Origin: Ptychomitrium polyphyllum
Lineage: Eukaryota
Direction: 5' to 3'
Assembly: GCA_973851085.1 (NCBI GenBank)
Contig: OZ316776.1
Coordinates: forward strand, 13,578,001 to 13,642,000
DNA: 64,000 nt
The notes under the pieces are model-generated. The model was not told the DNA's origin, did no database searches, and saw only the letters and a program-made list of their open reading frames with translations. Positions 39,420 to 53,400 of this stretch are shown in pieces. Within the stretch, counting starts at the first letter, position 1. Every line of letters starts with the position of its first letter. The position numbers were made by a program, and so were the translations under genes.

Positions 39420-40310
39420 CATGGTAGTGTTAAAGAACAACTATGAGTTACTATAGAACTTGCTAAAATAAAAAATCTTGCATATAAACATATACTCAAA
39501 AATAAAATTGATAAATGAATCAAAGAATAGAGTGTATAACTCATTTCATGAAAAATACCAAATACAACGCACCTTCAACTCTCTTGTTTGAGGATTTAAA
39601 TATTGGATTCAAGATCCTATAAAAGCAAATCTATATTTATTTGTTTGAGCTAATAGACTGTTACTATCATCCGGTAGTTACCGTTGGAAGATGTCCAGTA
39701 GTACCAATAGGGGAAGATGGATAGCAAAAGTTTAGTAATACTAGGTATAATACCCAATAGCCTCATTACAATTTTATCTAATTTATAGACTATCTTTTTA
39801 AAAATTAGATACACTAGATAAATTTTGATATTGTAATATAATGTATAGATTAAATCTAAACTTGAAGTAATAGATAAATGAAAAATTAAATCTAAATGTA
39901 AACTAGAATTTAAAGTAAAGTATATTAATACTTTAAGTTTTAAACAAGTCATATTTTAAAAAGAGTAACAAATAGGGTGATGAATAGTTAAGTAATACCT
40001 ATGGTAGTATATAGTGGAATGTAAAATGTAAAAAATCATTACCATTTTTTGAGACTTTTATAATTTTTTTTGTATATTATTTGATAATAATTTTTATAGT
40101 TTATGAATTTTAATTTTTGTACTACTTTAATTTTTTTAATTATAATTTATATCATTATTTAATTTTATGAACACACTTCTAAGGTTATTACATTTTTGAA
40201 AAAAATTAATAAACTTTATTGAATTTTATTAGACATATGTTTGATATATTTGAAATATCTTTAAAAAGTTTGGAAAATTAAAGGTGATGGATTTTACCCA
40301 TCTCTGCAAC

Positions 40311-40376
40311 TTATCAAATTAAGCTTGGTTTTTATCAATTTAAGCTTGGTTTTTTATCAATTTAAGCTTGGTTTCT
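40311..40376. repeat. Three tandem copies of ~21-23 bp TTATCAA(A/T)TTAAGCTTGGTTT
   Basis: Directly visible upstream of the HINT gene. Confidence 0.85.
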
Positions 40377-40935
40377 AATAGTCTATAAAGTTCTATGCAT
40401 ACACTGTCAAGCCGTCTTATTTTATGTTGATGTTGGTGTGGAAAATTTAAAAATCGCCCATGCCTATGCCGGTGCCGGGTCCCTTCCCAACAGGTTCCCT
40501 GCCCGGCCTGGACCCTTATATAATTCAATTTTAGAAATATTCAAAACCCTACAATCCACCCCGGTCGGGTCCGGCTTCCGCTACCCGACCCCCGCGACTC
40601 CCGCGACTCCCTACCTCCGGTCGCAGCCCTGCCTTGCCTGCCTCCCTCCCTCCACGCCCGATTGGCCTGCCGCGCTCCCAGTTCACATGGCATGTTCCCA
40701 CGGACGGCCAAGACTCTGGCTCGAGGCCAGGTGGTGGTGACCAGGGCTAACGAGGAGCGCCGGGGGGCCAAAGCTGCGCATCGCAGTGTGCGCACCCTCC
40801 TCTGCTCTCCACTGCTCTGCTCTCCTCTCCTCTGCCTCTGTGCCTCCCTCCCTGCGTCTGTTCGCTGTGCTGTGACGCTTCTCTCCACTGGCGCGGCGCT
40901 TGTCTGTGTTGCAGGCACAACTGCAGCGGCGGCTC

Positions 40936-41349
40936 ATGGCGGATGAGACGGAGGCTGCGCATGCTGCCGCGGCGCACCACGCCAAGGAGCACGCGGAGGC
41001 CGGCGAGCCCACCATCTTCGACAAGATCATCTCCAAGCAGATCCCCTCCAAAGTCGTGTTCGAGGATGATCAGGTGCTCGCGTTTCGCGACATCTCACCG
41101 CAGGGCCCGGTGCACATCATCCTTATCCCCAAGTTGCGCGACGGCCTCACGCAGCTCTCCAAGGCGGAGGAGCGCCACGAGCAGATTCTCGGCCATCTCA
41201 TGGTCACGGCCGCCAAGGTCGCTCGCCAGGAGAAGCTCGAACAGGGCTTCCGTCTTGTGGTCAACGATGGCCCGCACGGCTGTCAGTCGGTGTATCACAT
41301 ACACTTGCACCTCATTGGAGGCCGTCAGATGAATTGGCCTCCTGGCTGA
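40936..41349 (+). CDS. HINT1: Histidine triad nucleotide-binding protein (HINT/PKCI-type); possible spliced N-terminal extension
   Basis: PTIFDKII.KQIP, AFRDISPQ.PVH, GFRLVVNDG..GCQSVYHIHLHLIGGRQMNWPPG; GC-rich codons; core CDS has no intron. Paralog assignment (HINT1 vs HINT2) uncertain. Confidence 0.93.
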   Translation: MADETEAAHAAAAHHAKEHAEAGEPTIFDKIISKQIPSKVVFEDDQVLAFRDISPQGPVHIILIPKLRDGLTQLSKAEERHEQILGHLMVTAAKVARQEKLEQGFRLVVNDGPHGCQSVYHIHLHLIGGRQMNWPPG

Positions 41350-44300
41350 GCTCCTCTGGGGTTCCTTATACGAGATCACCAGAGCTGCCTGTGGTGGACC
41401 TCTTTGGCACCAAGGTGCGTCCGCTTCAGCTACTCATCGTCTGATATTGTACGTTGATGCTCTTGGCCGCACCAATTTTGGTTTTGTGATCGTCGTTCTG
41501 GGAGTTTGGCGGAGGTTTCTGGTGAAGTTTCATTGTGGGATTAGAGGAATAGAGGTTATTCTAAGCAGCACCAGGCTTAGAAGAGCTCGAAAGTTTAGTG
41601 CATACATGTAAAGCTTGTTATGGTACAGTGCGCTTCCATAGGCTTATGTTTCGCGATCTTATAATGTAGGGGAGAGTAACTCTTTCAATGTGCAAGAATT
41701 GCATTTGCCTAATTTGCATGCGGCAATATGACTACTAGCAACTTAAATTAAGCTGCTTTGTAAATGTTGGTGATTTCGGATGGGGCCTGGAATACATGAA
41801 AGTCCATGTCACAGCCTAGAATTACCACGCAATTAGTTCACTTCTTTGTCCTTCACAAGGGAAGTCCTGGTTAGAATCACAACTTGTTGCACCCTCTTTA
41901 ATGGTAAGAAGCACTGTGGTTGATTTTCGACCACCCGGTTTAAGGTGTATGCAAACTGTGTTTTTCTTTATATCTGTGAAACTTCTTTTAAGTTAATCCA
42001 AAACCCCTTAGTAGCCCCTTGAGAAGCTCGATCAGCATTTACAGGTGGTATATTTCCTTCCAGTGTCTGAAGCTGGTGCTCACCATATTCAATTTTTCCT
42101 AGTAATTAGTAAATTCTCTCAAGGTTTTCAATTTAAGAATCCTGTAGGATTTACGAATGTCGAGCAGCTAGTGTGATTTACATTCCCTTGGACAATATTT
42201 ATAATTTTAGAGAAAACGCCACAAATTAGTCATCATCTCCTCAATGTGCGCTCTCCTCTTATGAAATTTGAACTTTCATGAGGTGCATCTGTGTACTGGT
42301 GCTTCGAACTTTGACTGGTTCGTACAGTGCTTAGGATAGATTTCGCCATTGTGAAGGCTTGCAGCACCTAACTTTTAACAACGTGCAACCTCTGTCCTCA
42401 AGGGGACTGGATACGAAGAAGGTAGGTTTGTTCATAGGTTCTACAGAAGAAATTATAGAGGACAGATTGGGTGTGCTGATGTTGATGGACACAATGTTAA
42501 TGGTACTAGTCATGAAGGAGCCATAAAGGGGGTTCGGCAATCCATCGTACATTCTCTTTTGAAATCTCTTGTGGAGAGGTTATTCTGGAAGTGGTAGCAA
42601 TACCAAAAAATGTCGTTTAATTGTTGAACTACTCCAGATCGCTGAGTAAGCGAGTTCTCAAAGACTTCCTTCTGTACCGACTTAGCTGAAGACAAAAGCT
42701 CATCCCAAATCCTCAAAACGATCACATAATTCCCGGCGATGACAGCCGGAATTACGTCTAGCTACCTAAATGTGCCTCAAAGTGAAGGCTCGAGCGAGCT
42801 CACATAGATGTGTCGGAGCCGCAAGCTCACGGCGTCTGTGAATGCGACTCTGCTGCTGGGGGGGATAATTTGCTGCTGGCTGTTGTGCAGGATGCGATCT
42901 TGATGAGCTTGTGGATTTTGAGCACTTCAGTGGAGCCCAAGAGGATCCGCCTCCGAGAGATTGGTTCCGTGATGCCGAGGTGCTGGCGAAAGCGCATTAT
43001 TCGTGCCCAGACTGCCTTTGCCTTTGGACGTTCGTTCAGACCGTGTCGAATTGTTACAACCGCATGTTGAGTGCACATGCAATACGTGGCGCATTTTCGG
43101 CTGCTTGAGCCTTGTGGCACTTCTCCAAGTTGTTGGTGAGCATCTGCTATAGAAAATGAGAGATCTGCTTTGGCTTTCCTCTTTCTCAGAGAAAATCCCA
43201 TGTTTGGCACTGTGCTTGGCTGCTCAGCTGCATCTTTTGCAGGAACCTGGAGCCTTCATTGGCCTGAGCTGTCATGGTTGGTTTCAGCATGATCTTTTTC
43301 CCGTCTGCGCACCACACGTGTTGCCTGTAGCTGGTCTGTTGTTGTTTAGATTGTTGCAGCGCTGCTGACGTATCTCGTCGAGGTACCTTCCCGGCTGGGT
43401 GCATTTGCACCCATTACTTGCTCTTTTGTTTCCAAGCAAGAGTAAGCACAAGTTCTGGAGAGGTGGGAAGAGTGGAGTCAGCTGCTGGTGTATGAGTTGG
43501 TTACCACATGCAGCTGAGCTCCAAGTGCTCAGCCACCAGTATGCGTGCTATTTCGGATATTTAGATTGACATGAGAGAACGTTGGCTCCAGGGATGATTA
43601 AATATGTGGGCATGACTAGAATTAGGACGGCGCCCAGATAATCACACTCAACCATCGCTTCTGGACTCTTATGTAAGCAGTCAGAAAGCCATGGAACAAG
43701 ATGGATTACCGGTGTTGAGAGTTTTGACGTAGAGACAGGGCTGATTATAGCTGTGCCAAACCCAGTCAATCCCGCCTCTCCGATGATCATGCTTAGATTC
43801 TTCATTCCAAGCGACCAGGGTTCAGGGTTTCTTAGAAACCAATGTCCGGTCAAGAAATTACTTACGAACTTGTGTATTTTCTAAATATTACCTATTGAAG
43901 CGCTAAAGCATTGCTATTTAGTTAGTTATGTCCAAAGCACAACTATACCAGTTTGATCATTGCGTACAAAGGAATAATTTCAGTAAGTGCCTCTTATATT
44001 TTTAGCTAAGGTGCTTGATCTGTACAACAAGTAACGTTGACATTAGTTGAGGAGCATCTGCATCATTTTGGATGTGTATGTAGCCCACCTCTAAAGATTC
44101 AAATCTAAACGGTTGTAATATGATATTTGTCAGGTCTCAAATATGTAAGTTGGGATTTGACAAGTGAATTTGTTGCATTCTCCATCATTTCATAATATGT
44201 GTACAATTTACCTGTTTGAAGGCTATTTCGTTATAAATGCAAAGAAGAAAATTTGTGAAATTCCAATATTAAAAAAATTCCTTGTCTTTAAATAAATAGC

Positions 44301-44385
44301 AACCATGCAAAACAGGAGTTATTTATTAGAGCAATAAAATAATCTCAGTGATTCACTATACTGAGGGTATTACAAAAACTCTGAT

Positions 44386-44485
44386 NNNNNNNNNNNNNNN
44401 NNNNNNNNNNNNNNNNNNNNNNNNNNNNNNNNNNNNNNNNNNNNNNNNNNNNNNNNNNNNNNNNNNNNNNNNNNNNNNNNNNNNN
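44386..44485. other. Assembly gap (100 N)
   Basis: Run of exactly 100 N; true size unknown. Confidence 1.
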
Positions 44486-47400
44486 AGTCTATTTGACTAT
44501 TTATTAGTTTGCACTTGTGAATTTATTTGTTTTTTTACTTTTATAAATTTTCATATAAAAACTTGCTTTATATGCTATTGCATCTTTGATGTAATAGCAG
44601 CCATACTTGTTTTATATGAATTTAGTAGATGAAAATATATAATAATTAATAAAATTTTAGCTAAGTCTTAATTGGATTGATAAGATTTTCATTAAATCTA
44701 AGTTATAACCATATTTCCATCAAAAGAAGGCATTTATGTATTTTGTATTTCATATTTAACCAGAAAAGCTTAGATTAATATAATATTGAGTTAATTTTGT
44801 AACATCAAATTTTGATAATTCATAATTATTCTACACTTTTATAAAAACATTAGACTTTATTGTAATAAAAAAACATTTCCAATTTTGATATAGAACTTGT
44901 TATGATTATTTAAATTAAATATAAATAATATTTGTTGAACAAAGTTAAAATAAAATAAATTTTAAACTTCAAGTCCTAAAATTCTAAAATACCAATGCCT
45001 AAACCTTATTTGATACATTCTTTTCATTAAAAAGATAGTTAACTTGCTTCCATCCTAGAGAAATATAATGATTCAAATCTAAATACTTCTTTAAAAGATT
45101 GAAGGATGAATTTGTGCTATATTTTATAAGTGTAGTAATCAAGAATTTTAACCAAGTTGAGATTAGATGCAATCAGTTGATTGGGCAAATTACAATGAAT
45201 TTTAAATTCTTTGGAAAAATTTCATTGGAGAAGATTTAAATCTTTGTCTTTGTATTTTTTACAATATATAATTTTTAATACAAAGAAGCCAAGTTTATTA
45301 TATAACTTCAACTAGTAAATAAATCCACAATTTTAAAACATTTTAAGCCCTGAAAAATAGTTATAAACAAAAGAAAATACACATGCATATATTTTTCATT
45401 TGTTTGATACTTTATGAGGTGAAATACTTCAAACATCCATGTATAAAATTAAAGTATTTCCTTCTAAATATTAAACAAATGGTTTGCGTGTCTTTAAATG
45501 TAAACATTACAAAATTTATAAGATCAAGAAGTGCATGCATATGGGATCTTTGTCTTATAATGCATATTATTATTCAGTGGACAAAAATTGTGGATAATGA
45601 TCACTTTGCAACTAGGAGTTGACTTCGGAGGTGGTATGCCATTTGTTGAAAGAGCCATAAGTTTAGGAAAAAGTTCAGTTGTCCATGGTGGAGGGTTGGC
45701 CGGTTAGAATATCCATTCAAGCTCAAAATATTCTGTCCAAAACCTTCTTAGTTTTGACCACTAACTAGTGTTCAGTGCAATGGGATATCCTATGCATCAG
45801 TACTCTAAAGAACTTGACAATCACATCATGTTTTGATTTGATGTCCCACACTCAGGAGAAGAAAGATGAGTGACTGGTAGCAAATCTTGTTGATACTTAA
45901 AAGTACCACAAAATTTTGCTGTCTGGCTCATAGCCTTGCACAGGAATACAGGTGACCTGTTACCATCCCTCCTGTACACTGATATACATATTTCACATGA
46001 GTTTTACCCACATTTTTATTGCATTAGCTCAGATGCATAAGTATGTTTGGTGCCTGGTCATATTTGCTGCATGTGAAATTCTTATCCTGGAGAGTATGTA
46101 CCTCTGAAAATGTGGTGGATGTTACTGGGCTTTGCCAACTTGAGCAACCATTAAACATGATTTTGATGAAGTACTTAGTGCATGTTTACAGCTAATTCTA
46201 GGAGGCCAGATCCCAAAGTAAAAAAGTGAAAGGATGGTCCCCATTGTTTGAGATCAAGGAGATGACATATTTTTATCTACAACAAGTTAAATATGGAATA
46301 AAACTCACTCCATAATGGGACTGCATACTACCTTATGAAAGAAATTTATTCAAAATCATATATTACAATTGAAAATTAATTACTCTAAACACATAGATAA
46401 GAACATTAAAGGGATTGTTATTTAAAAAAGGATCAACAACATCCAAGAAGCTATTATTTTGGAAAAATACAAATCCACTATAATTATGACGTTTTGAACT
46501 TACAATGGAAAAGTTTTAAAAAAAACTTAGAAAATTCAAAAAAAATACTTTTTTTATTGTTTTGGACTTTGTTCTTGCATTTTTATTTTAGCCATAATCT
46601 TTTTACTACGAGTGGGTTCAAATCCTTCTAAATTTAAACCAATAAAAACTATGTGCAAGATTTGTATTTTATTGAGTAAAAGACATTTTATATAGTTGAC
46701 ACTTACTTTTCAAATAAATCACTAGATGTATCTTTGTACACTTTACTTCTTTTAAAATCTAATATAGCAAATAAAACTTTATTTCAACTATTAAAGTCTA
46801 TAGACATTAGCCCAAGTCTAAAATTAGACATGTGTTCAATTTCAATAATAGTTATGAATCATATAATAAAATAGTATATTTTGCATCTAAATTTAATAAT
46901 GGATGAAAAACATGTTTTTAATGCATAAAATGTCTTTCTTCAATAGTGCTTTGAGTCCATATGGATCAATTAATTAATATTCTATTGAACTCATTTATTA
47001 TTTATCAAAGCTTTTTTAGCTTTCAAAATCCACAAGCACAAAGTAAAACATTATTTCTTATGATTTATTAAATTCTTTTTATTAACGTAATATTAGAGAT
47101 TCATTAATCTTTATAAAACAACAAGGTTTAAAAACAATTTTGACACCCTTCCAATGACATTTAAACATACTCATGTATAAAAATAAAAAAATTAACACAC
47201 AAGGCACCTCGGATATAGATAAATTGACTATCTATAGAGTCAAATATTGCTAAATCATTGTAAGAATTGTTACAAAGAAGTTTTTTTTAAGAATATCTTT
47301 TAATAATCATAAAAATCAAAAGGCTAAATGTTTTTCATTTAATCTAATTATTATTGGCTAAAGCATAATGTCCATAGTATGGTTATATATTGTTTAAATT

Positions 47401-50400
47401 CAATTTTTTTATTTTGTAGAAACACAATATTAAACAAGTATATGAATGAATTAGGTAACTGATTAATTTAAACAAGATAAAGTCAAATGATATTCATGCA
47501 ATTTATTAACCTTTATTCTTTTACCAAAAATTACTTAATATATAAAAACATGATTAATTTTATTAATATATATGATAAATTGGTAGAATTCATTGGCACG
47601 GGATGAATTTCAATTTCATACTTTATAATCAATCAAGCAATAAATCTTTGTATGACTTCATGTATTTTTATGAATGTTTACAAATTTGGTAATTCAAAAA
47701 CCACAACAAGTATTTATACCAATCCGAATACAAAGTCAATTAAAGACATATTTAAATTGCTGATTTGATTTTAAAGAGCCTTAAAAATGATTAATTTAAA
47801 GAATTCTAATCCATGATTTATTTCTTTTTATTTTATGAAACCTCTTTCAGTCTATCTGGTCCTAAAGGCTTAAATTTCATCATACCATTATTTTTAAAAT
47901 GTCAAACATACTTAGATATTCCATTTCTTCCAAGTTTATTTTTTAATTTTAAGCTATACAAAATTCAAAACAAAATAATAAGATGCAAGAGAAACCTTAA
48001 ATAAGTTCACCAAAAATGTCACCTCCTAGTTTATTCCAAAGTGCAATCTTCAAAAGAGTAAAAAATGTTCAAATTAAGAATTTCAACCCATTGAAGGCTT
48101 ATAGATTTGTTATACAGGTATCTGTGTTCACATGATCTCTATATTCTTTGAAAAACAGTGTGCATGAAAATCAAAGTTATACACTTCAACCAAAGATACA
48201 ATTTGATTGTCAACTCAATTGTTTGATTATTTCCAAACATATAGTTTACACTTAGAAGATCCTCAGAAAGAAAAGTGCCTAAAACCATGCTCAATCAACC
48301 ACTTTCTGATTGCCTAGTAATTAAAGGGTTAATCCAACCCAATAATTTATAGTTAATCCTTTACTATAGCTCTAGTCAAATTGGTTCAAAAGAGCATTGG
48401 TCAGTATTCCAGACACTCTCTCAATGAGTTGTGAGTATATATGATTACAAGGCTGAAAACCTTCCATAAAGTATTAAAACAATGACAGAAACAAATGACT
48501 GATCCACAGTAGGACAGTGAGAAGGAAATGAGTTGTCTCCAGGTTCAGAGGTAATTTTGTGGAAACGCAAGTGATCCTTGCATGTAGAGCATTTAGAGGC
48601 ATCACAGAAGGTTAGGTAGACACATGATGTGAGGTCTGTGAGAAGTCTTTGAAAGGAAACAGAGTCCAGTGCAAAATGGCATGATGCAGAATTTCCTAGA
48701 CTGGGAACGTGCAAAAAATTCAGCTGTTCTGAGGTTCATCACTGCCCAGCCTGTTGAGCATAAACATCATTGCAGGCAGATATCTGAAACATAGCATTAT
48801 GGTGTTTACCTTGCCCAGCCTCCTCTGAGCTTTATCCATCATGAACAGCCTCAAATTCTTCTGCTGGCAATCCTTGTTTCCCTCCGCTGGTACTCATTCA
48901 TGAGACTCTCTGCTAACTTAGTAGATGCCATGCCATGTAATATTTTGAAACAGGAGACAATATTTAACTCATGCAATGTTTGACAGCATGACTGCCTTTA
49001 CCACTTTCAAGCTCTCACTCTGAAGACCCAAAATGGTATTTAGAGTCTAATCAGCACAACTTTTGTAAAACTCATTAGAAAGAAAAAGTGTCCAGAGTTC
49101 AATATTGAAATGCTAAAAGGCATTGAGTAAAAGTTTTGGTGTATTCAAAGAATTCTGATTGGAACATAACTTTGACTAACCAACTTATCTCATTTGCATT
49201 TGAGCTTTTCGCTTATTATTTTCTAATTTTAATTTTGGGAAACTCTCTAAATCAAGTGGTTTGTAACAGTTACAAGCTTAGCCAATATTACCACAGTTTT
49301 AGGTTCTGCTGCAAATTAATTACCATATTTAGATAACATATAGCTTTGTTTTGGAAAAATATCAATATGAAATTATATGTGAAGTTTAACATCTAAATGG
49401 ATCAAAATTGGATCAAAATCCTTTTCTATGGTTACAGGCTTCTGTCTTTAAGAATTAACTCCTTGTGCAGGGAGCCCTTGTACATGTGTTCAGAAGTTCT
49501 TTCCTTGTCACTCAATCCACAGCAGGACACACAACCCTGATCCAGTCCTCATTGAGAAAGACATGCCAACAAGAATGCTGACTGTGACCCAGTTCTTCAC
49601 CCGTTTCAAAACCAGGGTACAAAACTTCAACCAGCCTAATCCTCATGCAAACTCCTGTCTGGTGGGTTCACACTAGTGGGTGGAGTGCAGGTTCATACTT
49701 AAATGATACAAAAATAGATTTTAATGGTGAAATAATGAAAAGATTGTAAACAATTGCAAGAAATAAATATAAGATAGTAACAAATCTCAAAAAACTTAAA
49801 AGCATCCAAAATACATTTCTATTCATTTAAAGCTTTTTGTATTCTCCTAAAACAGATAACTTTCATCCAAAATATAATGTGGACAAGTTTTCATTAAATC
49901 ATGGCTACTTGAATCACAGAGTCATGAAACAATTTACAATAATACTTTTTGAATGATTTGAATTTACTTTGGTGTTAGGTGGCAATAAGAAAATTGACAC
50001 TTATTACTAATAGACAATGTCTTTTAAAAGATTTAGATAACTATTATAAGTTTTGACTATTTTCATAAAATCTAGCTTTCTTAATGTACACACACATGTA
50101 TGTGTGTGTATATATGTATGTATGTATGTATATATGAGTGCTTCTTTTGTTATTTTGTAGAATATAACATGAACATTTTTCAAAAAACTAGAATTTTATA
50201 ATGTTGTATGAGTTTTAATAAATTTTCAATAATACAATTCTTTTAAGGACTTTAATTACATATATAAATAAGCATTTTTTTAATAAATGTTATAGAGATA
50301 ATGAAATAATAATGTTTCATAGTCCATTTTAAATATACAAAATTTCTTGTTTGATCCATATTGAGCTTTTTTAAACTCCATTTGTAATAAATTATCATAA

Positions 50401-53400
50401 GATATAAACCTAGAAGTTTAATTAAAAGAAAAATATATAATTGATTATTTTTTTTTTGAATATAACATGATGATGTGGTTATCTTTCTTGTAACACAATT
50501 TAAATACATCATTCTACAGTGACTCTTTGAAAATGTCACAAATTTATGATGAAAAAATTAATAAATTTACTTATTGAAATATTACATAAGTAAAACAAGT
50601 GCTTTCTATCATTACAAAGTAGTGTAATTACTATTTCAATCTTATTTATTTTATTTTTTAAAAAAAAAATTTATAAATATTTCATAGATAGATGGTATTA
50701 TTCCAAAAGAAATTTTGCAAGGTTCAATTTTTTAATGGTCAATAATAAAATATTAACTAATTAAAAAAAATTAGAAAATTTGATATTTACAAAAAATTGT
50801 GACATTTTATATTGTAATTTGTGAATTTTTCTTTTTATGGATTCAACTTATGATTTTGAATGATTGCAAAAAATTTAAGTACCAATAATAAAATTAATAT
50901 TTTATGATTTTCAAAAAAACATGCTATAATTTAATTTTGACAACTATACAAAAGTTTATTTTCTTAAATATATTTAAACATATATAATTTGTTATTATCT
51001 TCACATTTTTTATTTGAAATAAATTTCATGTTTAGGAAACTATGGAAGTTACATATTATAATTCATCTTAAGTTTGCCAAATGCACCAGATAGCTTAGAA
51101 GTTAATGGAAGCAAATGAAGAATATATGAGCTGAAAGAAGGGTTTTTCCAAAGTCATGTACCAAATTGGTGGATTTAGGTGTTTATAGAATATTGGGTGT
51201 TTGAAATATGTTGAAAAATAGAAGTGCTAATAATGTAAATTACTATAACCTTTTTTTTTAAAGGCTTAAGTTGTAATATAAATTTATAAATCTATTTATA
51301 TTTATTTTTTTAAATTTTTTTTTCATTATATTTTTATATCTGTGTATAAAATCAAACGCTACATTGTAACATTGTTACATCTTTATTATATAATAAAAAC
51401 TTTGTAAAATAACTTTGAAAATAAGAAGTAACATTGCCAAACCAATGCACAATATACAATGTTTTTCATACTTGTTGTACTGCCCAAACATTTGTAATTG
51501 CCATGCTAATCATAAAAGAATCTTGAATCATAATGGATCAATATTCTTTCACCAATCCTCATAAAAATTTCCTAAGTTAAAAGATGGTATTTATGTCACC
51601 GAACAATCCATTAAGACATTTGTAAATGTGCTTGTGCGCTTATTGAAGTAAGTTTAGATTTATCTCTTTTTGCCTTCAAATTTGTCTTGCATGTGAATTG
51701 TGGGATCAATTCTCACACAAAATCCAACCTTTATCACATAAAAAACCATGAAGTATAAAAATTGTAATCTACACTTACCACTACAACCTATTCTTGACTT
51801 TTTAAAATCAACAGAGGAGAATTAAAACTCCTAAATGTATACTTTTATACCTTACATATCAATTCAAGGAGCCATGTATGATGCATTTGGGAAGAGTATG
51901 TTCAAAGTTTTTGAACTTCTACTAAACAAAAAGTTGAAATTGCATAACCTATTCATAAAGGTCAAGAGTTATTAATTGTAGTGCATTTGAATACCTTGGA
52001 AAATTTGTTGTAGTGATTTGAAAAGTAATCTTCTTGCTTAAAACAAGAAGTATGCTCAAGAGGAAAAGGATTGACTTATCCATTTTCTTCTCAGCTTTGC
52101 CCACTACACCTTCATTGTTACATTTCCTGGTGAAGACAAACAAAGCTTCATCTCCTTACAACATTTGTTGTAGTTGAAAACATTTCCTGCAGAAGTATTT
52201 GCAATAATACTACAGTGTTGGTGGAGTTTACATACTGTAATCATACATGCACATGACACCCCCTCAAAACTCTCCAGGAGATATTCACACTCAGAGATCA
52301 CCATCATGATGGTTGTGCCATGACATTATTATTCAAAACTTATGGCTCATGGACAATTTCAAAACTGGAGAGTGCTCATCACCAATGTCCCCAATACTCC
52401 TCCTGCTACTGCACCATGTGCTTCAAACCAATGCTGCTAAGTTACTCCTACACGGTAACTCTGGAGCTCCAGCAGAATCTTTTGGAGGCTTCTGAATGTT
52501 ATTGCCTGTTCAGATCTCCATATAACGTAGATGATTTTCATCCAATGCTTTGTGTGCATGGTCTTTGCTGTTTTTGTCATTGCTTCAAGTTAAATTTTGA
52601 TAAATCTAGCTTCGTTTGGATGTTACATAAGGCTTTCTGTACAAAAATGTACACAAAGTAAATGATCATGTGATATCATTTGACTTTTTTTACCTTTCTA
52701 TTAAAACTCAATTTAAATTCTGAAGATAATCATTTGTTACATCTAAAGTAACATTTATTAAGTCTACTTCATAATTCACTTTGGAAATCTGGCAAATTCT
52801 TAATACTGAATATTTTATTATGTTACAAGTTGAACACCTATTATCAAATAATATTGATTTTCTTTTTCTTGAAATGCATAAGTGATGATCACCTACTATG
52901 ATGTTCTACATTGCACTTTATATTTATGGTAAGTATTATGATTTTTGAGTATATTTTTGCAATTGATACAAATTTTCTATACAACCTCTTCTAATCTCTT
53001 ATGATGTTTTTTGAAATGATTCCAACATATAGGTGACATTTGCTAAACAAATAACATGATATTTTTGAACTTTGTAAAATATTAAAAAGTGACTATGGAA
53101 ATGAATAATGATACCATGGTGATAGGCATGTGATTTTTTAATTATACATACACGCTAAAATATCACTTCTAGTCTATTTGAATGAAGATATTGTATTTTC
53201 AAAATTACTCAAATGTTATACATAATTATAATGCCAAACAAGTTTAAAGCCACTTTAGATCATAATTTGATTCATGGACTTGACATAATTCTTTGGAGCC
53301 TACATTTTATATAAAGGACTATTTTTTCTACTAATTAAAAAAAATTCATGAATCTTGTTAATATTAAAATTCAAAAATGTAAATCTTAGTATATATTATG

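Larger units (their letters stand above)
30021..39770 (-). mobile_element. Minus-strand LTR element C (LTRs 30021-30627 and 38581-39770), host to element B and a solo LTR; short decayed internal region
   Basis: Direct repeats of ~600 bp. Minus-strand PBS-like TGGCGACTATGTAG (38565-38578) next to the right LTR; PPT AAAAGGGGGA (rc of 30631-30640) next to the left LTR. No TSD seen. Confidence 0.8.

Noticed and set aside
40438..41379. Multiple overlapping ORFs around HINT
   Set aside because: Shadow frames caused by high GC; only the HINT frame has motifs.
44348..44632. ORF spanning the N run
   Set aside because: Artefact of the assembly gap.
48784..48809. Minus-strand GT..AG pair suggesting spliced exons
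   Set aside because: The intron would be ~26 nt and the flanking frames contain stops.
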